Source: an uncultured Gammaproteobacteria bacterium (GTDB taxonomy: Bacteria; Patescibacteriota; Microgenomatia; Levybacterales; UBA12049). From it: a DNA stretch of 64,000 bases. A program made the translations under genes and the position numbers. The stretch spans positions 13,210 through 77,209 of the forward strand of contig CAZDOJ010000001.1 in NCBI GenBank assembly GCA_964507055.1. The letters are read 5' to 3'. Shown here in pieces: positions 18,179-27,052 of the stretch. The notes below the pieces were generated by a model. The model ran no database searches, was not told the origin of the DNA, and saw nothing but the letters and a program-made list of their open reading frames with translations. Numbering within the stretch: the stretch's first letter is position 1; each line of letters opens with the position of its first letter.

Positions 18179-18919
18179 ATGAGGGAATTTATGGTTAATG
18201 AAGAGTTAGTTGCTAATATACGCAATCGATTTCAACAAGGTGAGAGACGAAATGAAATTCGCATGTCTTTGATGGAAGAGGGATGGGAAGAAGCTGATGT
18301 AGATAATGCAATTTCTTTTATTCAAAATGAGGCTTTAAAGCAGCTGCCAGGGATTTCTCATATATATAAATTTATTGATCATCTCGATAGTAAAACTTCA
18401 CATTCGTCACCGAAAGTTATAGCTGCAGTTTTAGCAGGATGTTTCGGAGTTTTGCTCATCATCTTTGGAGGACTTTATTATTTCTTGGATCCTCTAGGTT
18501 TTGGTGGTGTTGAACGAGATAAACAAAGGGAAGCAGATATTGTGAAGATCCGTTCTGCGATTGATAAGTATCAAGTGGATAAGAGTGTTTATCCATCTAC
18601 GCTGCAAGAATTACTGCCAAAATATTTACAAGCAATTCCACAGGATCCAGAGACAGGCGGACAATATAGTTACCAAACAATGGACAATAATTATAACTAT
18701 GAACTTTGTGTGAATTTCGAATCAAAAGCACCTCAATGCGTTTCATCATCGATTGATACCTCAGATATTCCTATGGTGATTGCGACGCCAACTCCAGCAG
18801 CGACAGATACCGTAACTTTGCCCGTAGAACCAGATGCATCTGCACCTGCTGAATTAGAAGAAGCACCAATTGTCACAATTGTCCCTGAAGTAACTGGAGA
18901 GGGAAGTTTGGCATTATGA
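18179..18919 (+). CDS. membrane protein with pilin/GspG-like extracellular domain
   Basis: TM segment VIAAVLAGCFGVLLIIFGGLYYFL, then IRSAIDKYQVDKSVYPSTLQELLPKYLQAIPQDPETG (pseudopilin-like). The start may instead be the track position 18146. Confidence 0.5.
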   Translation: MREFMVNEELVANIRNRFQQGERRNEIRMSLMEEGWEEADVDNAISFIQNEALKQLPGISHIYKFIDHLDSKTSHSSPKVIAAVLAGCFGVLLIIFGGLYYFLDPLGFGGVERDKQREADIVKIRSAIDKYQVDKSVYPSTLQELLPKYLQAIPQDPETGGQYSYQTMDNNYNYELCVNFESKAPQCVSSSIDTSDIPMVIATPTPAATDTVTLPVEPDASAPAELEEAPIVTIVPEVTGEGSLAL

Positions 18920-19677
18920 TTTCGGCCTCGAATATAGCAAAAAAGCATACCCATTTTCATCACATCAATCAGGGAATTACGGTCGCTCAAGTTACAGATA
19001 ACGTCCAAGGAATTGAACTTGCGAAGAAAATTCTTTACGACATAACGGATGCAAAAACAACAGTATATCTTTCTGGTGGGAAAACACCGAAAGCACTATA
19101 TGAACAGCTCGCTCAAGAAGAACAAATAAAACCGGGTGCGGTTGGAATTGTCGATGAACGGTTTGGAAAAAAGTTTCATGGTCACAGCAATGAGAAAATG
19201 ATCAGAGAAACAGGCTTGATGCGTTATTTGGAAATACTAGATATTCCTTTCTATCCCATTCTCCAAAATGAAACCAGTCGCGAAGAAACAGCAAACCTAT
19301 ACGACGAAAAAGTTCGTCATCTGAACGCAACATTTCATCAAAGTATTGCAATTTTAGGAATAGGTGTAGATGGTCATACATCAAGTCTTGCACCAAATAG
19401 AAAAGATTTTAAGAATCCTATGTTTGATCCGATGCAAAGTCATTTACTTGTTTCAGAGTTTAATGATCCAAAAAGTTTTTATGGTGAGCGAGTTGGAATG
19501 ACATTTCTCGGATTGTCGATGATTGATCTCAATCTTGTTTTAGTCTTTGGTGAAGACAAAAAGGAAGCACTTGATGCGTTGTTTGATGAAGGTCCGGAAG
19601 AAGAAATCCCATCGCGTTTTTTTAAACGTCCCGATATAGCAAATAAAACTCTTTTCATTACCGATCAAAAAGTTTAG
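18916..19677 (+). CDS. pgl: 6-phosphogluconolactonase
   Basis: YLSGGKTPKALYEQL and LGIGVDGHTSSLAP are motifs of the 6PGL/NagB family. Lies adjacent to zwf. Confidence 0.8.
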   Translation: MISASNIAKKHTHFHHINQGITVAQVTDNVQGIELAKKILYDITDAKTTVYLSGGKTPKALYEQLAQEEQIKPGAVGIVDERFGKKFHGHSNEKMIRETGLMRYLEILDIPFYPILQNETSREETANLYDEKVRHLNATFHQSIAILGIGVDGHTSSLAPNRKDFKNPMFDPMQSHLLVSEFNDPKSFYGERVGMTFLGLSMIDLNLVLVFGEDKKEALDALFDEGPEEEIPSRFFKRPDIANKTLFITDQKV

Positions 19678-19685
19678 AATAGATA

Positions 19686-21122
19686 ATGATGTCTCCCTTT
19701 GTTTTTGTTATTTTTGGTGCAACAGGCGACCTGGCACAACATAAATTATTACCAGCATTATTCTCTTTATATAAACATGGTCAATTAGGAGAGAAATTTT
19801 ACATCGTTGGTTTTGCACGTCGAGAATTTACTGATGAAGCATATGCACACATGCTTGGTGATGAATTGGAATTTCACAAAGACGAACAGTGGAAAGACTT
19901 TGCAAAGAATATTTATTACCAACAAGGATATTTCGATCAGCCAGAAGGTTATGAGCAATTAATTGAAAAGCTCAATGCGTTTGACACAGAAATTGGTGCC
20001 TGCATTACTCGTGTCTTCTATCTTGCAACGCCACCCGACAATTACGAAAACATCTTATATCATCTTGAATCTACAAAACTTTCAGAAGGTTGTGGTCAAG
20101 GATCTGAAAAATGGACTCGCTTGGCTATAGAGAAACCCTTTGGCAAAGATCTTGATACGGCACGTGCTTTGGATAAGAAGCTTTCAAATATTTTTGAAGA
20201 AAAACAAATTTATCGTGTTGATCATTATCTTGGTAAAGAAACAGTACAAAATATGTTGGCCTTTCGTTTCGCCAACAGTATCTTTGAGCCAGTTTGGAAT
20301 AAACAACATATAGATAATGTGCAAATAACATTTGCTGAAAAGAAAGGAATTGGAACGCGGGGGAAATTCTTTGATGGGGTAGGGATGCTTCGTGACGTTG
20401 CTCAAAATCATTTGCTGCAATTACTTGCGACAGTTGGGATGGAACAGCCAAAAAGTTTCACCAAAGAAAGTGTTCGTGATGAACGTGCAAAAGCTATCAA
20501 GGCAATCCGTCCACTATCAAAAGATGATGTAAAGCAAAATGTCGTTCGTGGACAGTATGAAGGATATAAAAAAGAGAAGGATGTCTCGCCAGCATCACGA
20601 ACAGAAACTTTTGCAGCAATGAAATTGTTCGTTGATACAGAGCGTTTTGCAGACGTTCCATTTTATCTTCGTGCAGGGAAAGAGATTGAACAAAACCTTG
20701 TCGAGATAAAAGTCGTTTTCAAACAAACATGTCATATCTTATTTAAAGAATATGGTTGTCCTGAAACCGGTAATGTCCTCACGATTCGGATCCAACCAGA
20801 TGAAGGAATTAATCTTCAGGTGATGGCAAAAAATCCTGGAACTGAGTTATCGTTGAGTACTGTTGATATGCATTTTTCTTATCATCAAACTTTTGGCCAT
20901 CATGGTGCAGATGCATACGAAAAGATTATGCTCGATATTTTGAAGGGAGACCAAATACTCTTTAATCGATCCGATGAGCTGGATTATTCGTGGTCACTTA
21001 TTTCTCAAATATTAAAAGGTTGGGAAAGTGATGATGATGAGATCTCTCAATACGAAAAAGGGAAATGGGGGCCTCAAGAAGTTTTTGATCTCATTGAAAA
21101 AGACGGGCGAAAATGGTTGTAA
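19686..21122 (+). CDS. zwf: glucose-6-phosphate 1-dehydrogenase
   Basis: FGATGDLAQHKLLPAL, EKPFGKDL and RVDHYLGKE. Confidence 0.92.
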   Translation: MMSPFVFVIFGATGDLAQHKLLPALFSLYKHGQLGEKFYIVGFARREFTDEAYAHMLGDELEFHKDEQWKDFAKNIYYQQGYFDQPEGYEQLIEKLNAFDTEIGACITRVFYLATPPDNYENILYHLESTKLSEGCGQGSEKWTRLAIEKPFGKDLDTARALDKKLSNIFEEKQIYRVDHYLGKETVQNMLAFRFANSIFEPVWNKQHIDNVQITFAEKKGIGTRGKFFDGVGMLRDVAQNHLLQLLATVGMEQPKSFTKESVRDERAKAIKAIRPLSKDDVKQNVVRGQYEGYKKEKDVSPASRTETFAAMKLFVDTERFADVPFYLRAGKEIEQNLVEIKVVFKQTCHILFKEYGCPETGNVLTIRIQPDEGINLQVMAKNPGTELSLSTVDMHFSYHQTFGHHGADAYEKIMLDILKGDQILFNRSDELDYSWSLISQILKGWESDDDEISQYEKGKWGPQEVFDLIEKDGRKWL

Positions 21123-21167
21123 GCAATTGGTATTTATTCTCAAGTGTGGTATAACTAATAAGTAATT

Positions 21168-22151
21168 ATGCAAGTAGCGATTTTAGGATTAGGGAAAATG
21201 GGTCGTAATATTACGGAAAAACTCATGAAAGATGGACATCATGTTGTAGTCTGGAATCGTTCAAGAGCTGTTCTTGATGAGATGCGTCAGTCAGAAACAG
21301 ACTACGTAGTGAGTGGCCAATTGATGCTTGCACATACTCTCGAAGAACTTCGTGATATGCTGCAAAAACCCCGAATTATATGGAGTATGCTTCCTGCAGG
21401 TGAACCTACTGAAAGTGTTATGGCACAACTTCTTGAAAGTGTCGTGGAACAAGGTGATGTTGTCATTGATGGGGGAAATGCTTTCTACAAAGATACTGAA
21501 AGAAGAGCACAGCAGTTTCAGCAGAAATCAGTCAAGTATCTTGGCATTGGTGTTTCAGGTGGCGTTATCGGTTTGAATAATGGGTATCCACTTATGGTTG
21601 GCGGTGATCAAACAGGATATGAATATATAACTCCAGTACTCGACAGTCTCGCAAAACCAAATGGTGGACATACCTACTTTGGTCCAGGTGGTGCAGGACA
21701 TTTCGTGAAGATGGTTCACAATGGTATTGAGTACGGCATGATGCAAGCGATCGCTGAAGGATTTGGAGTTCTTGCCAAAAGTGAGTACAAGCCCGACTTG
21801 GTAAAAGTTGGAAATACTTGGCAAAAGGGAAGTATCGTTTCTAGTTTTCTTGTCTGGATGGCTGAAAATGCAATTAGTAAAGATCCAAATCTTAGCCAAT
21901 TCGATGGCTATATTGAAGCAACAGGCGAAGGGAAATGGACAAGCGAGATTGCTAAAGAAATGAAAGTCCCAACACCAGTTCTGGATGCGGCAATTGATTT
22001 TCGTAATCGTTCACAGTTTGACAAAGGCGTGCAAGAGACATATGTTGCAAAACTCGTTGCTGCACTTCGACATGAATTTGGTGGACATGATGTCCACAAA
22101 GATGATCCCCTCGCAGATGGATCAGGAACACCTCCTACACAAACTTCATAA
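21168..22151 (+). CDS. gnd: 6-phosphogluconate dehydrogenase (decarboxylating, short form)
   Basis: MQVAILGLGKMGRNI NAD(P) fold, GGAGHFVKMVHNGIEYGMMQ. Confidence 0.85.
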   Translation: MQVAILGLGKMGRNITEKLMKDGHHVVVWNRSRAVLDEMRQSETDYVVSGQLMLAHTLEELRDMLQKPRIIWSMLPAGEPTESVMAQLLESVVEQGDVVIDGGNAFYKDTERRAQQFQQKSVKYLGIGVSGGVIGLNNGYPLMVGGDQTGYEYITPVLDSLAKPNGGHTYFGPGGAGHFVKMVHNGIEYGMMQAIAEGFGVLAKSEYKPDLVKVGNTWQKGSIVSSFLVWMAENAISKDPNLSQFDGYIEATGEGKWTSEIAKEMKVPTPVLDAAIDFRNRSQFDKGVQETYVAKLVAALRHEFGGHDVHKDDPLADGSGTPPTQTS

Positions 22152-22165
22152 ATTAGCCTCAAAAA

Positions 22166-22194
22166 TTGACTTACCCAGCTATTTTAGCTACAAT
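22166..22194 (+). promoter_or_regulatory. sigma-70 promoter TTGACT-17-TACAAT driving the T-box leader
   Basis: TTGACT at 22166-22171, a 17-nt spacer, and TACAAT at 22189-22194. Confidence 0.6.
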
Positions 22195-22200
22195 AATGAC

Positions 22201-22437
22201 ATAAAGCGTCGGAGTTTGGCTTCCTACCAAACAAATTTCATTTTTTGAAACGCTGACTGTGGGTTTACAAGAACGAAGCAGTACGGAAAGCTTGACCGTA
22301 AAAATAAAGAAACTGTAATCGTTTTCAAAGAGAAAACAGAGCCAGTTAGTAAGATTTCTTTAGCAATAAGGAAATAAACCAAGGTGGTACCACGAGATTA
22401 CCTCGTCCTTGAGCAGTAACAAGGAGGGGGTTTTTTT
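22201..22437 (+). promoter_or_regulatory. T-box riboswitch leader
   Basis: AAGGTGGTACCACGAG at 22381-22396 matches the T-box consensus GGTGGTACCGCG and overlaps a terminator. Stem-I-like distal hairpin TACGG-AAAGCTTGA-CCGTA. Located upstream of an aaRS gene. Confidence 0.65.
22401..22437 (+). terminator. T-box terminator hairpin + U7
   Basis: CCTCGTCCTTG (22401-22411) pairs with CAAGGAGGGGG (22420-22430) with one G-G mismatch. TTTTTTT at 22431-22437. The 3' arm contains the AGGAGG SD of the next ORF. Confidence 0.65.
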
Positions 22438-22809
22438 GTGTCTGAAAAATATAGAGGAATAACAATTGAAATTAAATTAACTGGTCCAAATGCTGAAGCA
22501 TTCCTAGCAAAGAATGGAAAGTTCGGAAAAACATTTAGGGATGAAAACGGGCACTATCTTGTCGGAAAATTTTCTGGAAGAAAAAGAAGATCCGTTCTTG
22601 GAACCACTGATATAGTATTTGGTTTGGTTAAAGAAACAGAAAATCGTGAAGTTATTCTTATCGGTGGAATCTTGGGAAATAAAGGTAAGGGGAGGCGGGT
22701 TTCTGTCTCCAATGAAGAGGGAATTGGCACACAGCAATTGAGAAAAGGTATTGATTTAATAGTCCAAACCGATGCACCGGTTGCATTATTTGAAAATAAT
22801 ATACGCTAA
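22438..22809 (+). CDS. hypothetical protein (T-box controlled)
   Basis: 123-aa ORF with a GTG start 10 nt after AGGAGG (22422-22427). No recognisable motifs. Confidence 0.5.
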   Translation: MSEKYRGITIEIKLTGPNAEAFLAKNGKFGKTFRDENGHYLVGKFSGRKRRSVLGTTDIVFGLVKETENREVILIGGILGNKGKGRRVSVSNEEGIGTQQLRKGIDLIVQTDAPVALFENNIR

Positions 22810-22830
22810 TGATTATGCTATACTAACTAC

Positions 22831-24063
22831 ATGAAATATTCGAAATTATATATTAAAACCAGTAAAAATGTTCCTGCAGATGAGACAGCAAAAAATGCAC
22901 AGCTCCTTATTCAAGCTGGATTTGTCTACAAAATAATGGCAGGGGTTTATGCATATTCACCGCTTGGACTACGAGTTCTTGAGAATATCAAAAAGATTGT
23001 TCGCGAAGAGATGAATGCTGTTGATGGTCAAGAGTTGATCATGTCGAGTCTCCAAAATCCGGAGACATGGAAAATTACCACTCGATGGGAAGATGATGTC
23101 GTCGATGTTTGGTTCAAATCCAAACTCAAGGATGACAGCGAAATTGGTCTTGCTTGGTCTCATGAAGAAGCAATTATGGAGATGATGCAGCACTCTATAA
23201 CTAGTTATCGTGATTTGCCAACGAGCGTGTACCAATTTCAGACCAAACTACGAAACGAATTGCGAGCAAAGAGTGGCATCATGCGTGGGCGAGAATTTGT
23301 CATGAAAGATATGTATTCATTGCATGCTTCGGCTAAAGATTTGGATATCTATTATAACAATGTTATTGAGGCTTACAAAAAAGTCTATGATCGATTAGGT
23401 TTTGGTGATGATACCTATGTGACCTTTGCAAGTGGAGGTGCTTTTACTAAATTCAGTCATGAATTCCAAACCATTTGCGATGCTGGTGAAGACATCTTAT
23501 ATATTCATCGAGGCAAAAATATCGCGGTTAATGAAGAAGTGCTTGATGAGGCTGTCAAAGAATTAGGAATTGATAAAAAAGATCTTGAAAAAGTTAAGAG
23601 TGCTGAGGTCGGAAATATTTTCAACTTCGGAACAGAAAAAGCAGAGCAAATGGGAATTACTTTTACTGACAAAGAAGGAAAACAGCAACCAATTTATCTT
23701 GCATCATATGGCATTGGCATCACTCGGGTTATGGGAGTTATTGTCGAGAAGTTTGCTGATGAACGAGGTATCGTGTGGCCAGAGAATGTTGCCCCATATA
23801 AAGTCGATTTAATTTCTATCAAAGCAAACGAAAAAGCTGATGCATTATATAAAAAGCTACAAGATGCTGGAGTAGAAGTGCTTTACGATGATCGAGAAGA
23901 TATCGGTCCAGGAGCAAAGTTTGCCGATGCTGATTTGATTGGTATTCCAGTCCGATTGGTTGTCTCATCAAAAACTGAAGACAAAGTCGAATGGAAGAAG
24001 CGAACTGAAAAAGAGTCTGAATTAATAACTGTTGAAGAAGTCCTCAAACGTCTGAAGAAATAA
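22831..24063 (+). CDS. proS: prolyl-tRNA synthetase lacking the INS editing domain
   Basis: Class IIa motifs: YSPLGLRVLENIKKIVREEM, SYRDLPTSVYQFQTKLRNELRAKSGIMRGREFVMKD, YGIGITRVMGVIVE. At only 410 aa there is no insertion domain. Confidence 0.8.
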   Translation: MKYSKLYIKTSKNVPADETAKNAQLLIQAGFVYKIMAGVYAYSPLGLRVLENIKKIVREEMNAVDGQELIMSSLQNPETWKITTRWEDDVVDVWFKSKLKDDSEIGLAWSHEEAIMEMMQHSITSYRDLPTSVYQFQTKLRNELRAKSGIMRGREFVMKDMYSLHASAKDLDIYYNNVIEAYKKVYDRLGFGDDTYVTFASGGAFTKFSHEFQTICDAGEDILYIHRGKNIAVNEEVLDEAVKELGIDKKDLEKVKSAEVGNIFNFGTEKAEQMGITFTDKEGKQQPIYLASYGIGITRVMGVIVEKFADERGIVWPENVAPYKVDLISIKANEKADALYKKLQDAGVEVLYDDREDIGPGAKFADADLIGIPVRLVVSSKTEDKVEWKKRTEKESELITVEEVLKRLKK

Positions 24064-24090
24064 CCCTTCGCCTCCGTTCAGGAAATACTC

Positions 24091-24912
24091 CTAAAATAGG
24101 AACGGCAAATTAAATACCTTAATCCAAAAGACTGTATAGATCGCAAAGAAAACGACAGCTCCCACAATATAAAGAACCCGCAGCAATGCTGAGGTCTCAT
24201 GTGGAGCGTTAGCCTGCGAAACTTCTGCTGGCGAAGGTAATGGCTGCGTAAAAACCTGTGCTTGGGGATCTCCGGGGGAAGGATTATAAGGAGTGACTGG
24301 AGCCATTGGGTCTGTATCTGGTGGATTTGCTTGGCTTGAATCAAGTGACGAAAATGCTTGTGGAGATGCTAAATCCGGTTGCGATTCTGTTGGTGCGGGA
24401 GCTGGATTATTGAAGAAAGCTGAAGGAGATCCTGAAGCAGATCCAAAGCTTGAAGATGAAGTAGGTTCAGATACCGGAGCAGGAGCATCTGACGCGAAAA
24501 GTGTTGCCGAAGGATCAGCTGGTTCAGGTGTTGTCGCAGGTGAAGCTGAGACTTGATCAAATGTATCCATAATTGGCGGAGCTGCTGGTTCAGGTGCAGG
24601 CATAGTATTTGAAAGTGTTGGATCTGTAATTGGACTCGCATTTGGTGATGTAGACAAAACGCTATTTGGATCAGAAGCGTTTACAAGTGGATCTGATGCA
24701 GGAGAAGAAAGATCTGTTGTAGGTGGCACGTCTCCAACTGCTGGATTCGGTGGCATCACAGAATCTGCAGGAGTTGGTGTATTTACTGGTGTATCACCAG
24801 GTGTTGTACCTGCAACATCATGTGCCGTTCCCATAATACGGTCATACGTCTCTCGTGCTTTTGGGTCGAGGTGGTTAAGGGCTTTTGGATCCATAAGGTC
24901 TCTTTTAATCAT
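24091..24912 (-). CDS. Pro/Ser/Thr/Ala-rich tail-anchored membrane protein
   Basis: 273 aa of low-complexity P/S/T/A body with a single C-terminal TM segment (LLRVLYIVGAVVFFAIYTVFWI). Confidence 0.6.
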   Translation of the reverse strand: MIKRDLMDPKALNHLDPKARETYDRIMGTAHDVAGTTPGDTPVNTPTPADSVMPPNPAVGDVPPTTDLSSPASDPLVNASDPNSVLSTSPNASPITDPTLSNTMPAPEPAAPPIMDTFDQVSASPATTPEPADPSATLFASDAPAPVSEPTSSSSFGSASGSPSAFFNNPAPAPTESQPDLASPQAFSSLDSSQANPPDTDPMAPVTPYNPSPGDPQAQVFTQPLPSPAEVSQANAPHETSALLRVLYIVGAVVFFAIYTVFWIKVFNLPFLF

Positions 24913-24991
24913 CCCATTTTTCGAACTTTGGTGTCAAGTGTTTCGCTCTATATTTGACGCTTCACAAAACTTCTTCTATAATCGCAAGATT

Positions 24992-27016
24992 ATGGAAAAG
25001 GATAGATTGTTTTCAAACAGAGATAAGGCTTCTCGAGAAATGTACAAGCAAACACGTAAAGCGATAGGTGGACCTACGCGTATTGATAGTTTATTCGTTG
25101 CGACTACTTTGACTGGAGAGCCCGTCAATTATAGAGAAGATTTTACTCAACCATTGCTTGAAAGTGAGTATCGTAAGGCAGGATTAATCATGCATACGGT
25201 GGAGCATGCAAGAAGTAATCCTCTTACATTGGTCCCTGAGTTAGTGAAGACGAAAGCGTTTGCCATTGATGCAGTAATAATTAATGGTGAAATGCATAAA
25301 GATAATGGCACACATATGGTTGCTGTTGTTCCAACGGATACTGAAGAAGATGGTACAAAGCTTACTGAATATCATGTTATTGATTCTCTCACCGAGGGTG
25401 GTGTTACTTCATATAAGTCAGAAATAGAAGCCTATGAACATATCCAATCACTCTTTGTACCGGAATCTGTCCTCATATCTCTTCACCCGAGTGAAAAAGA
25501 AGTTGAACGAAGAACACATCATGGAGATGAAATTATTACGGAAATGCTTCAGGTTGGGGATAATGCCTTCATAGAGGTTCAGGTTGCAAATGATGATCCT
25601 AGATTTTTTGGAAAGAAAGAATCGGAAGTAACTACTGCTGAAACGCTCGAGCAAGACAAAAAAGCATTGCAAGAAGTGATGCATGCACTTATTGACGATT
25701 TCCATAGCGAAGATCCAAGTCGTAAGCAGTATCTGTATACAGAATTCGCAACCATAGCAGCTCGACACGATATGCGTTACCCTTTGCTCTCTGAAATAGC
25801 GATGGATCATCTCGAGCCAGGTGCTACTCCTAGTTCCGAAGATCTTCAAAATGTACATAAGACTATCGAAACACAGCCAACAGATAATAGTATCGTGGAT
25901 ACACAAATTCCAGCATCAGTACTTCGTTCTGCCAAGCGATTGGTCGCTCATTATGCACAAGAACAAGCAAGTGACCCCTCGTTACGCGTTGTAGATATTG
26001 ATGCTCAAGTATCCTTTATTGATGAACAGGTTGCTCTTTATAACAAATCGCTTTACGATTTAGGTGATCTTTCAGAATATAACCCACGAGAATTTACTGG
26101 AGATGAATTACTAAAAGGAACCAGAGCTGCGTATGAAGAGGCACGAAGAAAGGGCTTGGATGTAATGACACCTGATTCTGAGAATGTCCGAAGTGATGGT
26201 AAGGTCGCGGTAACCTATGGATTCACTACATTTGAAAAAACAGGGAAATGGCGTAAAAAGCAGCAAACCTCGTGGAGATCTGCAATGGTGTTGGTTCTGG
26301 ATACAGAACAAAGAAAGCCTATTATATATGGTGCTCAGGATGGATCTTCTCATGAAATTATGATTGATGGTGTAGGTACGTCTGTTGAAAATTTGACTGT
26401 TGATAGAGCGGTTGCAGTTCATACCAATAATTTAAATATAAAAGAGGTTGAGGTCGAGGGTGGTGCTTCTTTACATTTTGATAGTGGACATCTAGCATAT
26501 GCGACTGTTCGTCCAGAAGCGACAGTTACTTTTGAAAACTCAGTTGTGAATATGGTAAGTTCAGACAAGAATACTCGAACGTATGCACATTATAGTCAGA
26601 TCGGAAGAGTGCAGGTAATAAATGGACTTTTTGATGTAGGTGGTACAGATATTGGCCATTTATATGCGAGCGATGCTAGAGTAAGCGTGTATGGTGACAT
26701 AGTAAAGCTTACTGCTGATAATAAAAATACAGCATTTACACAACAACAAGGAGTGTGCGGAGAATATTATGGACTGAATCAAGCACACATAGTGCACTTT
26801 GCTTCATATCCAGAGAAAGTGACTGCATCTCCTAATACAAGATATTTCGTTGATGACGAAACTGTCCAAATAGATCGTGATGGAAATAGATGTGTATATT
26901 CTAAGGCTTATGATCAATTTCAATATGACAGGGAACACACCATTGATGCGATGCATACGCTAGTAGACTGGTCAGGGCAAAATGATGATGTTGAAGGTCC
27001 CCGAAGATCACTGTGA
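24992..27016 (+). CDS. tail-family protein T1 (function unknown)
   Basis: The ATG at 24992 lies 9 nt after TATAAT (24977-24982); the track GTG at 24938 is less likely. The C-terminus is LVDWSGQNDDVEGPRRSL, followed by a TGA stop. Confidence 0.85.
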   Translation: MEKDRLFSNRDKASREMYKQTRKAIGGPTRIDSLFVATTLTGEPVNYREDFTQPLLESEYRKAGLIMHTVEHARSNPLTLVPELVKTKAFAIDAVIINGEMHKDNGTHMVAVVPTDTEEDGTKLTEYHVIDSLTEGGVTSYKSEIEAYEHIQSLFVPESVLISLHPSEKEVERRTHHGDEIITEMLQVGDNAFIEVQVANDDPRFFGKKESEVTTAETLEQDKKALQEVMHALIDDFHSEDPSRKQYLYTEFATIAARHDMRYPLLSEIAMDHLEPGATPSSEDLQNVHKTIETQPTDNSIVDTQIPASVLRSAKRLVAHYAQEQASDPSLRVVDIDAQVSFIDEQVALYNKSLYDLGDLSEYNPREFTGDELLKGTRAAYEEARRKGLDVMTPDSENVRSDGKVAVTYGFTTFEKTGKWRKKQQTSWRSAMVLVLDTEQRKPIIYGAQDGSSHEIMIDGVGTSVENLTVDRAVAVHTNNLNIKEVEVEGGASLHFDSGHLAYATVRPEATVTFENSVVNMVSSDKNTRTYAHYSQIGRVQVINGLFDVGGTDIGHLYASDARVSVYGDIVKLTADNKNTAFTQQQGVCGEYYGLNQAHIVHFASYPEKVTASPNTRYFVDDETVQIDRDGNRCVYSKAYDQFQYDREHTIDAMHTLVDWSGQNDDVEGPRRSL

Positions 27017-27052
27017 TCTTTTATTCTTGATAAGTGCTATAATACTACTTTT

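Noticed and set aside
22214-22236. Hairpin GTTTGG-CTTCCTA-CCAAAC as the gnd terminator, or as a Pro (CCU) specifier of the T-box.
   Set aside because: It lies downstream of the TTGACT-17-TACAAT promoter, so it belongs to the leader rather than the gnd 3' end. The T-run is separated from the stem. An apical-loop codon is not the normal specifier position. Left unresolved.
27014-27016. Alternative genetic code with UGA recoded, as in some candidate phyla.
   Set aside because: TGA terminates T1 exactly after the conserved ...GPRRSL tail. It also ends tmk (6279-6281) at an ATGA overlap. Long ORFs are intact under code 11.
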